Assembly: GCA_021613535.1 (NCBI GenBank)
Contig: CP075492.1
Coordinates: 5,518,001-5,582,000 of the forward strand
Direction: 5' to 3'
Source: Adineta vaga
Taxonomy: Eukaryota; Animalia; Rotifera
DNA: 64,000 bases
Positions 12,570-26,200 of this stretch are shown here, one piece after another. The translations under genes and the position numbers were made by a program. Each line of letters starts with the position of its first letter. The stretch's first letter is position 1. Below the pieces are notes generated by a model, which was not told where the DNA came from, searched no databases, and was given only the letters and a program-made list of their open reading frames with translations.

Positions 12570-13880
12570 ATGATGAATCAATCAATTGAAGTCGATTTTT
12601 CTGGAGATATTGAAAAAGATCATCCGAAATGTGTACACGGACCAACATTACTATTTCACTCATCAACAGAACATTTCTTTGCTTGTTCAGCTTGCCGAGA
12701 TCGACAAGAATGTGATATTCATATTCCCTATGAAAAAAGGCAGGGTAAATCATCGAAAAAAATCATTGAACAACATCAAATCGAATATAAAAGATATAAA
12801 GAATATATTCAAAATAAACAAAAAAATAGAATTAAATTTAATAAACAATCATCTCTGTAAAATATTCATTAGAAATGTTTTTATCAAACTAATTTTGTTT
12901 CTTTCTTTAGTCATTATTGTTATACTTGTTCTATTACATTTCTTGATAGTAATCAATCTGAACATGTGGATCATCATTATTCGGAAGTTCTAACTCGTCG
13001 ACAATTTCGTCAACCATGTCGTTATCTTCTTCAACCACTTGAAAAAAAGCGAACGAATGCTCAATTTTTCTTCTCACAATCATTTATTGATTATCTTCTC
13101 ACCAAACTTATTCATCAAGGTTCTTGGGATAGTATTATTTGTATTGGCTGTCCAACTATTTTCGAAAATCTTAATCTTCCGAAATATCGACATAAATTTC
13201 GAAGTTATTTACTAGATTATGATCATCGTCTTTGTCCATTTTATTCCATGAAACAAATGCTGATTTATAATATGTTTAATGGACATATTTTTTCAAAGAA
13301 AAAGTTCTTTCAAGAACAATTTTTAGCTACAATCAAAAATTGTTTAGTTATTATTGATCCACCATTTGGTGGTTTTCATCGTGCATTAGCTTATTCAATT
13401 GAAAAACTCTTCTCATCGAATGATATTCAACATAATTTTATTGTTTTCAATCCATATTTTCTCGAAAAATGGATTAATGATGCATTTCCAAATTTGAAAA
13501 TGTTAGATTATAAAGTTGAATATACATCAAATTCATCATTACATTTATGTCGTGGAAAAAAAGGTTCACCTGTTCGAATGTTTACTGACATATGTCCATC
13601 GAAATGTCCACCTTTAGATGAAACAAATTATAAATATTGTTTTGAATGTAATCGTTATACATTATTAACAAATCAACATTGTTTTCAATGTCAATCATGT
13701 ACATCAAAAGATGGATTACCTTATAAACATTGTTCATTATGTCAACGATGTGTCAAAGCAGAAAGAATACATTGTATGAAATGTAATGTATGTCATTTGA
13801 AAGATCAATGTATGACAGAGACAAACAAACGAAAATGTCAAATGTCAGATAATGAAGAAATAAAGAAAAAATTAAAATAA
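12570..13880 (+). CDS. ZCCHC4: 28S rRNA N6-adenosine methyltransferase ZCCHC4
   Basis: N-terminal zinc finger 'CVHGPTLLF..FFACSACRDRQEC', catalytic 'DPPFGG', 'LKMLDYKVEY', 'KGSPVRMFT' and Cys/His-rich C-terminus. Intron ~12857-12910. Confidence 0.93.
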
Positions 13881-14110
13881 AATTTGTTATGAATTTTATA
13901 AAGGCGTTGAATCTATGTTTATTTATGATGAAATTCAGATGTTCTATTTAGTATTCACATTCATTCTTCGAAAATATAAGATTAAAAAAATAGTTATCTA
14001 TCTACAAGGCACACGAAAAGATAGGCGTGTTGATAATAAAAACAAAATAAAAATGAATGACAGAAAGAAAAAGTGACCGGGATAGAGTATGTTAAATAAA
14101 TTGTTTGAAA

Positions 14111-17100
14111 TTATGAAAATGATTTTAATCGATAGCCAATGGAAATTGATGGACGATTTGTAACTACTTCTCGTCGTAATAGACGATTGTTAGTATTCTC
14201 CATGAAATCATAGGACATTGATGAACGATCTATTATAGAGAAAGATTAGTTTAGGAGAGATGACGGATTTGATTTAGGACTTTGAAGGTTCAGAAAGGAA
14301 TGTTTTAGAATAAATACACACCCTTCAATTTTATTGGCTTTTGGATTGTCGATGTTAATAAAATATATTAATGAAATATTGCTAGTATAAAGTAATGATA
14401 TCCGGATAAGATCAGTATAACATCTCTCTATACCAAAAATGTTCGATTAAATAGAAAGTGATCATATCAATTTGACTTACTCATATGTTTCCTTCTGTAT
14501 CGAATCTATTTTTGATTCGTGTGAATATGTTTGTTAAAAATTACAAAGAGATAAAAAGTGTAGCAGAAGAAAAGCAATGTGCAAATAGATGTAAGTATGT
14601 ACAGATCTTATTTAACTCAACAAACCTGAACGTTGTCGAAACATAGTGGCTGCACTTTTTGTTCGTATCAATGGATCAAATGATAGATTAGTTGTAGCAA
14701 TAGGTGTTCTAGTTGACCCATTTGCTGATAATTGTGGCATAACATTTGTTTGAAGATTTGAACGATTTGTTTGAGGAATTATTTCAGATGTACGTAAGGC
14801 TTGTTGATAACGATTGTATCGTGGGCCATTTTGAGCTGAAAGTATCTAGACGAGAAAGAAGAAAACGACTAAAAAATTCAGGAATATCAAATGGTGGAGA
14901 GTGCTAACTTTGTCATCGAAGATGTGTGCATTACGTACCGATCGAGGTTCGAATTTTGGTTGTTGAGATGGAAAATAATGGTGAAATACTTGACTACTTA
15001 CAACATTGGTAGAATAATGACGATTGACTTGTGTATTTGGTAATTTTGGACTAGCATACTGAACAAGAGAGATATTGTGAGTTGAATCAATTCCATCTAC
15101 CTGAGGCTAGAAATAATAAAGATTCTCATGATTGAGAATCTAATAGCAATTCAAAATTGATGTATTTTTACACCCACACCCACACCCTCACAACTATAGC
15201 TATCTAAAGTAGTTCATAATGAAACAAATGGTACTAACCATACTATTACGTTGTGTATATGAATCTGGCACAACATCAGGAGGTGGTGGAAAGTTTGGCA
15301 TTACACCATTCGAATTAATTAACATTCGATGGCATAAATCGTTAATACCTTTCATAAATTTATATAAAATGAATCATTTTTCTTACAAAAATAAATGATC
15401 ACCTACCCATTCCTCGAACAAGTGTTTCTCGATGTTTCAATGATAACAATCGTTCCATTTCTTCACTTTCTTCAATATCTAAAGGTTTTGTTGTATCGAT
15501 ATCTGATTGATTTGGTGGAATGGATGTACCCATATTCTATATGAATAGTAATTCATATTTTTCATGCGAAGAAATCAAACTAATTCGAAGTTCTTACAAC
15601 AGTCAGACGTTTGAATTGTATTCGATTAATTGATAAACTTCGTGATGATCTCACTACTGGTAAAATGCGTTTTCCTGGACTTTCTCCATAGGCTTCTTTG
15701 ACGTTATTTATACTTGCATTGAGAGCAGGTTTATTATTTTTTATGAAATTCAGTTTATCTTGTTTCTTTTGTAATTCATCAATTTGTGCTCTAAATAAAG
15801 AATCGTATAAACTCACTGAAATATTCTTCACTAGTAGAACTTGATCTAGTATCTCAATTTTCATCAATTACTTTGCTAATTCACTTCTTGCTTTTGATGC
15901 TACTGTTTCTGAGTAAAGTGTGCCTGCTTGTAAAAAGTATTTCTCATAAATTTCCATTACTTCTGGTAATGGATAAATTCTTCGATAATTTCCCATATGT
16001 TCATCTTCCCATTTTTCAATTTCTTTTTGCCATTGTTGAGCTAGATCTTCTTGTTCTTCACGAAATTTATTATCTTTTTTATTACTTTTTTGAAAAAGTC
16101 TTTCACGAACACGACGTTTTTCTTCTTCAACAAAACGTCTCTTATCCGCAGCAGGCATATTTAATAAAAGTATCGTATCATAGATCAATGCATCTTTAAT
16201 ATCACGATCTAATTTAGAATCCGTAGTAAAACTTGGAGAATGATTAACCTTGAAAAAGATGAAATAGATAGATTAATTTCAGATGTCTTTTTCTTTTTCT
16301 AATTTTACTTCAAGAACATGAGGTTTCAATTTTCGATCAAGTAATATATCAAAACCAAGTATTTCAAAACAAGCACTACCACGATAATGATGAGGAAAAC
16401 AGGCACGATAGTTATGTTTCAGAACTGAATGAGCAGAGATAAGTGTTTTTATAATAATATCATCAATATCTGCCCAAAGTTTATTTATATCATAACCATG
16501 ATCGACTAACCAACGATTGATCGTCGTTGTTCGACTAGATGATGATGATGATGATAACAAAACACTAAAATAGTTCTATCTAGATATTTTTGATCACTTA
16601 CCGTTTAGTACCAGTGTCTTCATCACGAATGAAATCATCTGAACGTTTTTGAATGGCATAATTTGTTAAATGCATAAAAATATCTCTCTAAAATCAAATC
16701 GGAAGGTTTTTTTCAACTTTTCAAAAGATAATTTAACATACACAATTAGAACTGGATGGTTCTTCATAACCATGAGTAGTAAAACGAGCTAAACCATCTT
16801 TATAAACAAAGATTCGAAATGGATCACAAGATGTGACAGCAACATAAACACGGAAATCAAATTTAAAACCATCGACTAAAAATGGCTACGAGACAACCCC
16901 AAAAAAAGAAAAAAAGAACATTTCAAATATCAATCAACACTTCTTTTACCCGATTTACATATACTTGCACAACAAAATTATCACTCCTTGAAAATACAAT
17001 ATGTAAGACATAATCAAATTTTGATTGTATTTCAATTCTTACGGTTTGATATCTCGCGAAGGATTTTTAGTGAGAAATATTCCTCGACCTTGACAACCGA

Positions 17101-17994
17101 CATCAGGTTTGGAAATGTATGTTCTATGTTTTTTCTCAGTAAAATATTTCGCAAAATCACTATAACTATAAAATCGAAGAAAATGAATGAATGAATGAAT
17201 GAATGGATCAGATAATGTGCTAACATACTCAGCTGGAAGACACCATGCTTTTGGATAGAATGAATATTCTTTTGGAAACATTTTTTGCATACGTGACATA
17301 TTTCTTGTTAAGAAATCTTTTCGACAGATTTCACTCATACCAGGAAAATGATTGATTTTCTATTTATTGATTAGAATAAACACATGTTTTTTCTTCACGC
17401 AAATCTCTCATCTTACCTGCCATTTTTTCATCTGTGCTACTCTTTCAATGCCAACACTTGCATCTGTCCAAAAGATATTCCAATCATCTTCTTCATCAAC
17501 TTCACGAAAATTCAATAATTTCGATGCTCGTCGTACACAATCATATTTACACATGGATAAACAGATAAAATATAATCTAGAAATGATATTTCTTTTCGAG
17601 ATTTGATTAATCATTAAAATAAATATCTATACCTTTTACGTTTTCTCTTGTTGGTTTGTTCTTTTCTATCATCGTCAGTTAATTCCGATACAGATGATTT
17701 CAATGTTCTTGATACAGCTGTTTGATCATCGTCATCGTCATCATCGGATTCTCCTACTTCTTCTAAACATATAAAAAAGCGAATTAAATAACAATCAAAT
17801 AAAAGAATGCTTTTACCAAAATCTTTCGGTACTGATGTCGGAATATCAATTGTATCTTCATCGTCATATAAAGTTAATTCATTTGTTCTTGCTCCTCCGT
17901 ATGTTGTCGATGGCATATCATCGGATGATGCTGATGAAGAATCATCACTCGATTCACTGGAACTATTTCTTTCTTGTCGTGGTACAATTGGCAT
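14111..17994 (-). CDS. TTLL6: Tubulin polyglutamylase, TTLL6/TTLL13-like; 3' exon structure uncertain
   Basis: 'WNIFWTD', 'INHFPGMSEICRKD', 'YISKPDVGCQGRGI', 'KFDFRVYV', 'MHLTNYAI', 'CFEILGFDILLD..LEVNHSPSF'. Confidence 0.88.
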
Positions 17995-18566
17995 TTTGTT
18001 GTCTTTAAATAACAAAATCAAACTCATAGAACATTCAATGCTTACAACCGAGAGCTATTTCATTCAAGGGAAAAAAAAAGGATTTCAATAGAAATCGATT
18101 TCTTCGTCTGTTCTTTTTCTTAATTTGAATACCGAACAATGACAGACATACTATAATGGATTTTTTGATATTTTCATTTCATAATTCCGTGTACACAACT
18201 TGATTGATACCTTTCAAAAACATGTCTCTTGCTTTCGTACTGTCTTACATTATTCGACGAGAAGAAAAAAAACGTCGGAGAGGAGTCATATTATAAATTC
18301 ACTTTCTCAGATTTGAATCGAACAATAGTGTTTACTGCAAAAGTTCATTTACGTATAAAGAAGAAAAAGAAAATCGTCGCCCAATATGTAAATAAGTTAT
18401 TAAGAAACCATTTTCTCGTCAATTCAATCGATTTTGTTTGCTTAGCGACTACCTGTAAAAGCTGACAAAGGGAATGATTGAGAGACATCTATGTTTTGTA
18501 CTTCGGAAAAACAATTGAAAAGTACATGTGTTTTCTATTTTATTATGAAGAGATTGTTTTTCAACA

Positions 18567-19112
18567 TCAGAGTCCAGTTTTAATATTGGATCGAGTATGA
18601 GGTGGAAATTTTTCGTGATGATGTCCAAAAAATGCTTTTAATTGTTGTTGATAATAATAATCTGCGAAAGATAAGCGTCGTCGAGTATGCAAGTCATTTT
18701 CAATTGGTTTGTCAGTCAAAATTTGAAGAAGACTTGAAGATTTAGTAGTATGAAGAGTAGAATCAGTGGTTGTTTCGACGGATAAGAGATGATGCATTTC
18801 CCCATCTTGAACTGATGCAGGACGAAATTTTGGATGAATCAAAAGATTTTTTGGGCGATTATGAAGTTGCGGACGACTATTTTTACTATACGATGTAGTA
18901 ATTGGTACATTATGTGGATGTACTTGTTGAGGATGAGATGAATTTGAATGACTGATGGTATGATGCGGAACAGATGTAATGTTATTTAAATGATTTACTT
19001 GTTGAGAGGAAATACTATGTGATGCATCATTCGATTGAGAATTGAACGTTTCAGTTGCTGAGATAATATTGAAAACGTGATAAAAACTAACAAGGACAAG
19101 TATACTCTTCAT
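18567..19112 (-). CDS. Orphan secreted His/Ser/Gln-rich protein, possible propeptide
   Basis: Intronless ORF with hydrophobic N-terminus MKSILVLVSFYHVFNIISA and an RRR site near the C-terminus. Confidence 0.55.
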   Translation of the reverse strand: MKSILVLVSFYHVFNIISATETFNSQSNDASHSISSQQVNHLNNITSVPHHTISHSNSSHPQQVHPHNVPITTSYSKNSRPQLHNRPKNLLIHPKFRPASVQDGEMHHLLSVETTTDSTLHTTKSSSLLQILTDKPIENDLHTRRRLSFADYYYQQQLKAFFGHHHEKFPPHTRSNIKTGL

Positions 19113-20289
19113 GATACTGTCTTTTGTGTACGACACAATTTTCTAATGACTTGTTCTGCCTTTTCTGTGGGAGAAAGTCGATGATTTATACAAGCTGTGA
19201 CATCGATTGAAGAATACTAATGCGTAGGATGGTACATAATTTCACGAATAAATATAGTTATGAAATTATTGTATCACATTCAAAAGAAAATAATTGTTCA
19301 TGATAATTATATTTGATGTATTCGTTCTTTACCATATTGTCATGATGAAGATTTAAAATAATATGCCTTGTTCGAAATTTTGGATATGAATTCAACATAA
19401 AATAAATGACTATTTTCACTACGATAAAAGATAGTAGTGTAATCATTGTTATGCTACAATTTCTAGTGTGTTAGAATGAAGGGGAGCGATACTTTTTCGG
19501 AACAGTGTTTTACAAATGAGGTGACGGTATTGAAAGATAAATAAATATATTTCTCTGACGTAGAAAAGAAATTATTATAATAGTTAATAAATAGGGCATT
19601 TTATGTATTCCCTAGAAGCTTTTAAATAATGAAATGATCTGTCGTTCATTGCAGGAAGGAGTAATTGGATAATTCATATCATTAGATTCGTCTATCGAAA
19701 TATTGCTACCATGATATCTTGGAAAAAAACCGGTTCTGCCGAATTTTAATCGTCGATGAACTAGGGTAAAAGAGAGAAACTTCGATAAGAATTCTAATAT
19801 TTAATTATTTATTATATTTTGCTTGAAAACAAAAGACGTCAGAAAAGTAGAATGAAAAGCTTTTTCATTTACAAAACAAAAACAACTACTTAATATATTA
19901 AACAAGGGAAAAGTACTTTCTTTCGAAGTAGCAAAAATTAAGTGCAGAATCTTTTCATATTGCATATTATGAGATATTACTTGATTGAAAAACAAACAAA
20001 CGATACCGTTAATTTCGCATCACTAACTGCAATTGTCACTCTGCCAAGCAATAAAAAAGAAAAAAGAAAAGATTTCATTCGTAACAAAATTAATCTAGAG
20101 AAGAGAACACCTTTTTCTGAAGAGCAGATGTCCTATAGCATTTCCTTGATTGTATATTTCTTCTGCTCAAAAATTATTCTTTAGCGCGTCAAAATATCGA
20201 ACATATATACGTAGAATATCATATCCCTATCGAGTGTTCTGACTGATAATTTTCTTCTTATCAGATTCATTATTTTTAGATAATTGAAA

Positions 20290-23200
20290 ATGATATTTTT
20301 CCTTGTTTTTAATGTATGGTTGTTGATGACAATCAGTAGACATACGTCAGGTCAGTATTTAACGAAATAATTTTTCAGGGTAGTTTCTCTCATATACAAA
20401 CATATCACAGATTTTATTATAACCTAAATTTATTGAAATCTTTTTTTTTATCTTATCTAGCAATTTCGTACAATCAACCGAAATTTTGTCCGAATGCAAC
20501 GTGGAACATATCGGCAATAACTTTTGCGAGTGTTGCTGCAGTTGGTGTAGATCCATATGGTATTTTTGTTGATAAAAACAATACTGTCTATGTTGCTAAT
20601 CGACAGAAAAATGTCATTGTTGTATGGCAAGATGGAAATGCTGTTCCTATAAAAAATATATCGACAAATTTGAACACTCCAGCCAGTGTATTCGTTTCCG
20701 ATAATTATGATATTTATATTGATAATGGATTTTCAAATAATCAAGTGACAAAATGGTCAGCTAATTCATCGATGATGAGTCCAGAAATGTATATGTGCGG
20801 CTCGTGTTATGGTCTTTTTATTGATATTAATAATAATCTTTATTGTTCAATGTATACGAGAAATAAAGTTATTTCCAAATCATTATTAACACATTTAGTC
20901 CAATGGAATGTTGTTGCCGGTACAGGTGCTGCTGGAGCAACATCAATTACTCTCAACGTTCCTCGTGGAATTTTTGTCGATAGTAATCTTAATTTATATG
21001 TAGCTGATAGTACCAATGCTCGAATTCAAAAATTTCCATCAGGACAATTGACTGGAACAACAGTAGCAGGAGCTGCAGCAGCAGGAACTATTACACTCGT
21101 GAATCCGACTGGTGTTATTCTTGATGGTGACGGATATCTTTTTATTGCTGATACTAACAATAATCGAATTATTGCATCAGGATTATATGGTTTTTATTGT
21201 ATAGCTGGATGCACGAAAGCGGCTGGTGCAACATCGGTTCTATTAAATAAACCAATAACTCTTAGTTTTGATACTTATGGAAATATTTTGGTTACTGATC
21301 AAGATAATAACAGAGTACAAAAATTTCTTTTAGTGACACAATTATGCGGTAAACAAATTAAATTTGCGCTTCTCTTTTTTTCCGGCATTAGTGAGAAGCG
21401 AAAGAGTAGAGTTTATTTATTTTTGGAAGATTTGAATGACCTAAGAGTATATAAATCTATTGATTTTTACAAAGTATTAATCGTCTTCACTATGATTATA
21501 GACTCAGTTGTCATAAATATTTCTTTTCATTGTAGGTGAAACTACTACGACTACAATGATGACAAGTATTGAAAATATATATTCTTTCTTATCATGTGTT
21601 CTATCGTCGATCATTTTATCACTTTTTAGTTTCAACGGCGACAAATATCATTCAATCAACTTCATCATCGTCTACATCTTCACTTTACGGTAACATATTC
21701 AATAAAATGCATGTTAAATAAGAGGATGATAACTTGAGAGGTCGACTATTTTATTGCATGTATAAATTAAAAGCAAGGATACATTGAGAATTTCTATATC
21801 AAACTATCACAAGTCTCCGACATTACTAGAGAACTTCTATCGCAGAGATTTAGGCGTACGTTCTTTCAAATTCTTATTGTCAAACAATTCTAAGATCAAC
21901 GATAATGAATATAAGAGACGGGTGTGAACATCCACGAAAACGTTATGGAAGGAGTTAATGTATAAGGCAAGAGGACCCTACTTTTTTATTCACTCATCCT
22001 TTCGTTCACACTCTCACCGATATTTACTGTACGTCTTGACGAAAAAAATTTAATTTATGCGTTCTTTTCATGTGCTTTTTCAGTTACATCATATAATCAG
22101 CCAGAACTTAGTACTTCTGCTATATGGAATGGTAATGGAATAACGTTCGCTACTACTACTGTCATTGGCGCCACTCCATTTGGTATTTTTGTTAGTAAGA
22201 ATAATACTATTTACGTGGCTAATCGTGCAAATAGTCGAATATGTATATGGTCAGAAGGAAATAGTACACCTATCTGCATCACGAATGGATTAAATCTTCC
22301 TTATAGCGTCTTCGTTACAGTGTATGGCGATATGTATGTTGATAATGGAAATACGAATAGTCGAGTTGATAAGTGGTCACCAAATGGAACATCATATGGC
22401 GCGGCAATGTCTGTTACAAATCCATGTTATGGTCTTTTTATCGATATTATGAATAATTTATATTGTTCTATGGATGCAGCTGATCAAGTTGTAATGAAAT
22501 CATTACAAAGTAATTCATCTATGTGGATAGTAGCAGCAGGAACAGATTGTTCTGGATCAACATCAAATACACTTACAAATCCGCGTGGAATATTTGTCGA
22601 TACTGATCTTAGTTTGTATGTAGCTGATTGTGGAAATGATCGAGTTCAAAAATTTTTATCACAACAAATCGATGGCATAACAGTAGCAGGAAGTTCAACG
22701 ACAATTACACTTGATTGTCCGAGTGATGTTATACTCGATGGAAACGGATATCTCTTCATCGTTGATAGTAACAATGATCGAATTGTTGCATCTGGACCTG
22801 GCAATAGTTTTCGATGTATAGTAGGATGTTCGACTGTCGTTGGCTCAACTTCCAGTCAACTAAATAATCCAACAACAATGAGCTTCGATAGTTATGGAAA
22901 CATATATGTTGTCGATAGTACTAATGCTCGAATACAGAAATTTCTATTAATACCAAATACAACCTATCGTAAGTATAAATAGAATGCAGAATAAGACTTC
23001 TTTGATTCGAATTCTATCTTCTTATGACAACGTCGGTGTTTATCTAAACATTATGCTTTTTTAAATTAACAATGAAATTTCATTTATTTAGCTTATTCAT
23101 TCAATCAGCCAACTTTATGTCCATTTGTTACTTGGTCTATAAATGGAACTACTTTTGCTAACATCACATTGATTGGAGTAACTCCTTTTGGTGTTTTTGT

Positions 23201-26200
23201 TAGCATTAATAATACTGTGTACGCAAGTGATCGAATGAATGCTCGAGTTCAAATCTGGTATGAAGGCAGTACCATACCAGACAGAACAATTGCTTATGAA
23301 ATGGTTAATACGATGTATGCCCTCGCCACATCTTCAGGTGATATATATGTTGAGAATGGTTACACTAGGTTTCGTGTCGATTATTGGCCAGTTAATCAAA
23401 CGAGCAGTATTTCAATTCTATCAACTAATGGTCGATGTTTTACGATGTTTATCGATACTTCGAATGCTCTCTATTGTTCGATATCACTATGGCATCGTGT
23501 GACTAAAAAATGGTTGAACGATAATGGAACTACACCAATTCTTGTTGCTGGTACAGGTACTGCTGGAGCAACTGCAAATCTACTTAATCAGCCTTTGGGC
23601 ATCTTTGTTGATCTTAATTTTAATCTATACGTTTGTGATTGTATAAACAATAGAATCCAAAAATTCCTACCAGGAGCAACCGATGCTATTACTATTGTTG
23701 GAAATGGAGCACCTTCTACTATAGCTCTAAATTGTCCACAAGGAATTACTTTCGATACTAATGGTTATCTTCTTTTTACTGATCAAAGTAATCGTTTGAT
23801 AATGTCAGGACCATATGGTTTTCGATGTTTGTTGGGATGTTCGCAAATTGCTGGTTCTTTACCTAGTCAATTTAATGTTCCAATTACTTTTAGTTTTGAT
23901 AGCTATGGAAATCTATTTATTGTGGATCAAAATAATAATAGAATTCAAAAATTTCTTCTAACATCAAATATTTGTGGTAAATACTCAACTTTTCTTTTTA
24001 TTCCAATGATTTTATCTATTAGAAAATTCTAAAGTTTTATCGATCTCTTTTTGTTCTAGGTGTATCAAATAGTCAATTAACCTATTCTTCAAATATATTA
24101 TGTTATTCGAATGCTTCGACTATTCTGGCGAATGATACTATTGGCTTCTCACCATATGGCATTTTTATTGATAGTTTTAATACTATTTATATAGCTAGTC
24201 AGAGTAAAAGCAACGTTTTGATGTTGCCTCAAGGAAGTACTATACCTATGACTATTCTTTCTGGTAGTTTCAATCGACCCTATAGTATTTTCGTTTCTAC
24301 AACTGGTGATATTTATGTCGACAATGGTTATGCTAATGGTCGTGTTGATAAAATTATATACAGTACTATATCGAATGTCATTACCGCTATGAATGTACCT
24401 GGAAGTTGTTATGGATTGTTTATTGACGTGAATAATTATCTCTATTGTTCTTTAAAAACTTACCATCGAGTTAATAAGATATTGCTTGATAGTGGTACAA
24501 ATTTTACAATTGTTGTAGCAGGAAATGGTTCAGCTGGTGCATCAGCAAATATGTTAAATTCTCCACAAGGAATCTATGTTGACAATAATTTAACTTTGTA
24601 TGTAGCAGATTGTATGAATAATCGTATTCAAAAATTCTTATCAGGAATATCGGATGGAATCACAGTTGCCGGAAGTTCAACATTACCAGTGGTTACACTT
24701 AATTGTCCAACGGGAATTGTGGTGGATATCAATGGATATCTGTTCATTGTTGATAGTAATAATCATAGGATATTGGGATTTTATTTTTATGAAGTCCGAT
24801 GTTTAGTTGGATGTTCTGGTAGTGGTGGTTCCGCAGTTAATCAGTTATCTTTTCCACAAAGTATGGCATTTGATAGTTATGGAAATATTTATGTTACTGA
24901 TCGAAATAATAGTCGAATTCAAAAATTCACTTATGTATATAGCGATTGTCGTAAGTTGTTGATTGTTATAATGATTACTTTAGAAGTATTCCAGAATGAA
25001 GATAATACGTTGTCAACTACTTGCATAGACCACACAAAAATGTTATATTTTGAATAAAGAGAAGCATAAAAAACTAGTCAATTTCTCTCATTCTAACATT
25101 ATATATTCTCTTTGTATATAGAGTTGAGCTGCTTAGAGTTTCATCATAAATTCACAAAGTTACAAAACTTGTTTGTTTTAGCAACAACAACTAGCACCTC
25201 GACCACTACAATATCTACCTCATCCTCATCGTCCACCTCAAGTTCTAGTTCGTCCACTTCTTCTACAACAACGTCATCGTCCACCGCATCAACTTCCTCC
25301 TCAAGTTCTACGTCGTCTACAACGTCTTCATCGTCTACATCCTCTAGTTCTAGTTCGTCCACTTCGTCTACATCCTCCTCGAGTTCTACGTCGTCTACAA
25401 CGTCTACATCCTCCTCGAGTTCTACGTCGTCTACAACATCCTCATCGTTCGCATCATCAACAACAACGTCGTCGTCCACAGAATCAACATCCTCTTCAAG
25501 CTCTACGTCGTCCACAACGTCTTCATCATCTACATCCTCCTCAAGTTCTAGTTCATCAACAATAACGTCATCGTCTACATCCTCCTCAAGTTCTAGTTCA
25601 TCAACAATAACGTCATCGTCTACATCAATGACGACCAGTACAATCTCATTAGTCAACACAAGCACTACTTCTACACAAATTACGAGCGTTATCGAAACAA
25701 CTATTGCTTTGAGTACAATTTCACCTATAGATACAACTAAAATCTCAGAAACACCTATACTGAATCAAAGTAATAAAGTAAACACGTATGAAACTATCTA
25801 TTGGTAAAATTTATTCTAGGTTGTTATGCTCCAACTATTATCCTCATGCCGGGAAAATCATCATTATCATCACCAATAATATATCGACGAAGTCAAGATT
25901 TCTCAATAGTTTCCATTTTGAAACTCTCTTGTAAAAGTTCACTTTCAACAAGTATCGTATGGACAATTAAAAATTGTACTTCAACTACTTGTTTAACTAC
26001 AATCACCCTCAGTAAAAAATAGCTATCACCTTTAGTGAACTTTATATTCCATCGAGAACTTTAGCTTATGGAGTTTATGAATTAACATTGAATGTAAAAA
26101 TGACAGCATTACCTCAATTAAAATCTTCATCTACTGTCTATGTGAAAATAACTCCATCAGGTATTACAGCTAATCTTGTTCCATTAGGAACATCAATGAT

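Noticed and set aside
7639-17994. Functional cluster of NAP1 (a known polyglutamylation substrate) with a TTLL glutamylase
   Set aside because: They are separated by three unrelated genes. Proximity in a compact genome is not evidence, and TTLL6-type enzymes act mainly on tubulin.
21700-22080. Possible MITE or transposon remnant in a longer intron (similar suspicion at 7200-7400, 47050-47600, 52200-52500)
   Set aside because: No terminal inverted repeats, target-site duplications or transposase/RT motifs could be identified by eye.
25182-25660. CRISPR-like or other non-coding repeat array
   Set aside because: Repeats are degenerate, codon-phased and lack unique spacers. The context is eukaryotic with no cas genes.
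25144-25665. 173-aa Asp/Glu/Val-rich ORF on the minus strand
   Set aside because: It is the antisense shadow of the Ser/Thr repeat exon (TCN/ACN codons). No independent coding evidence.
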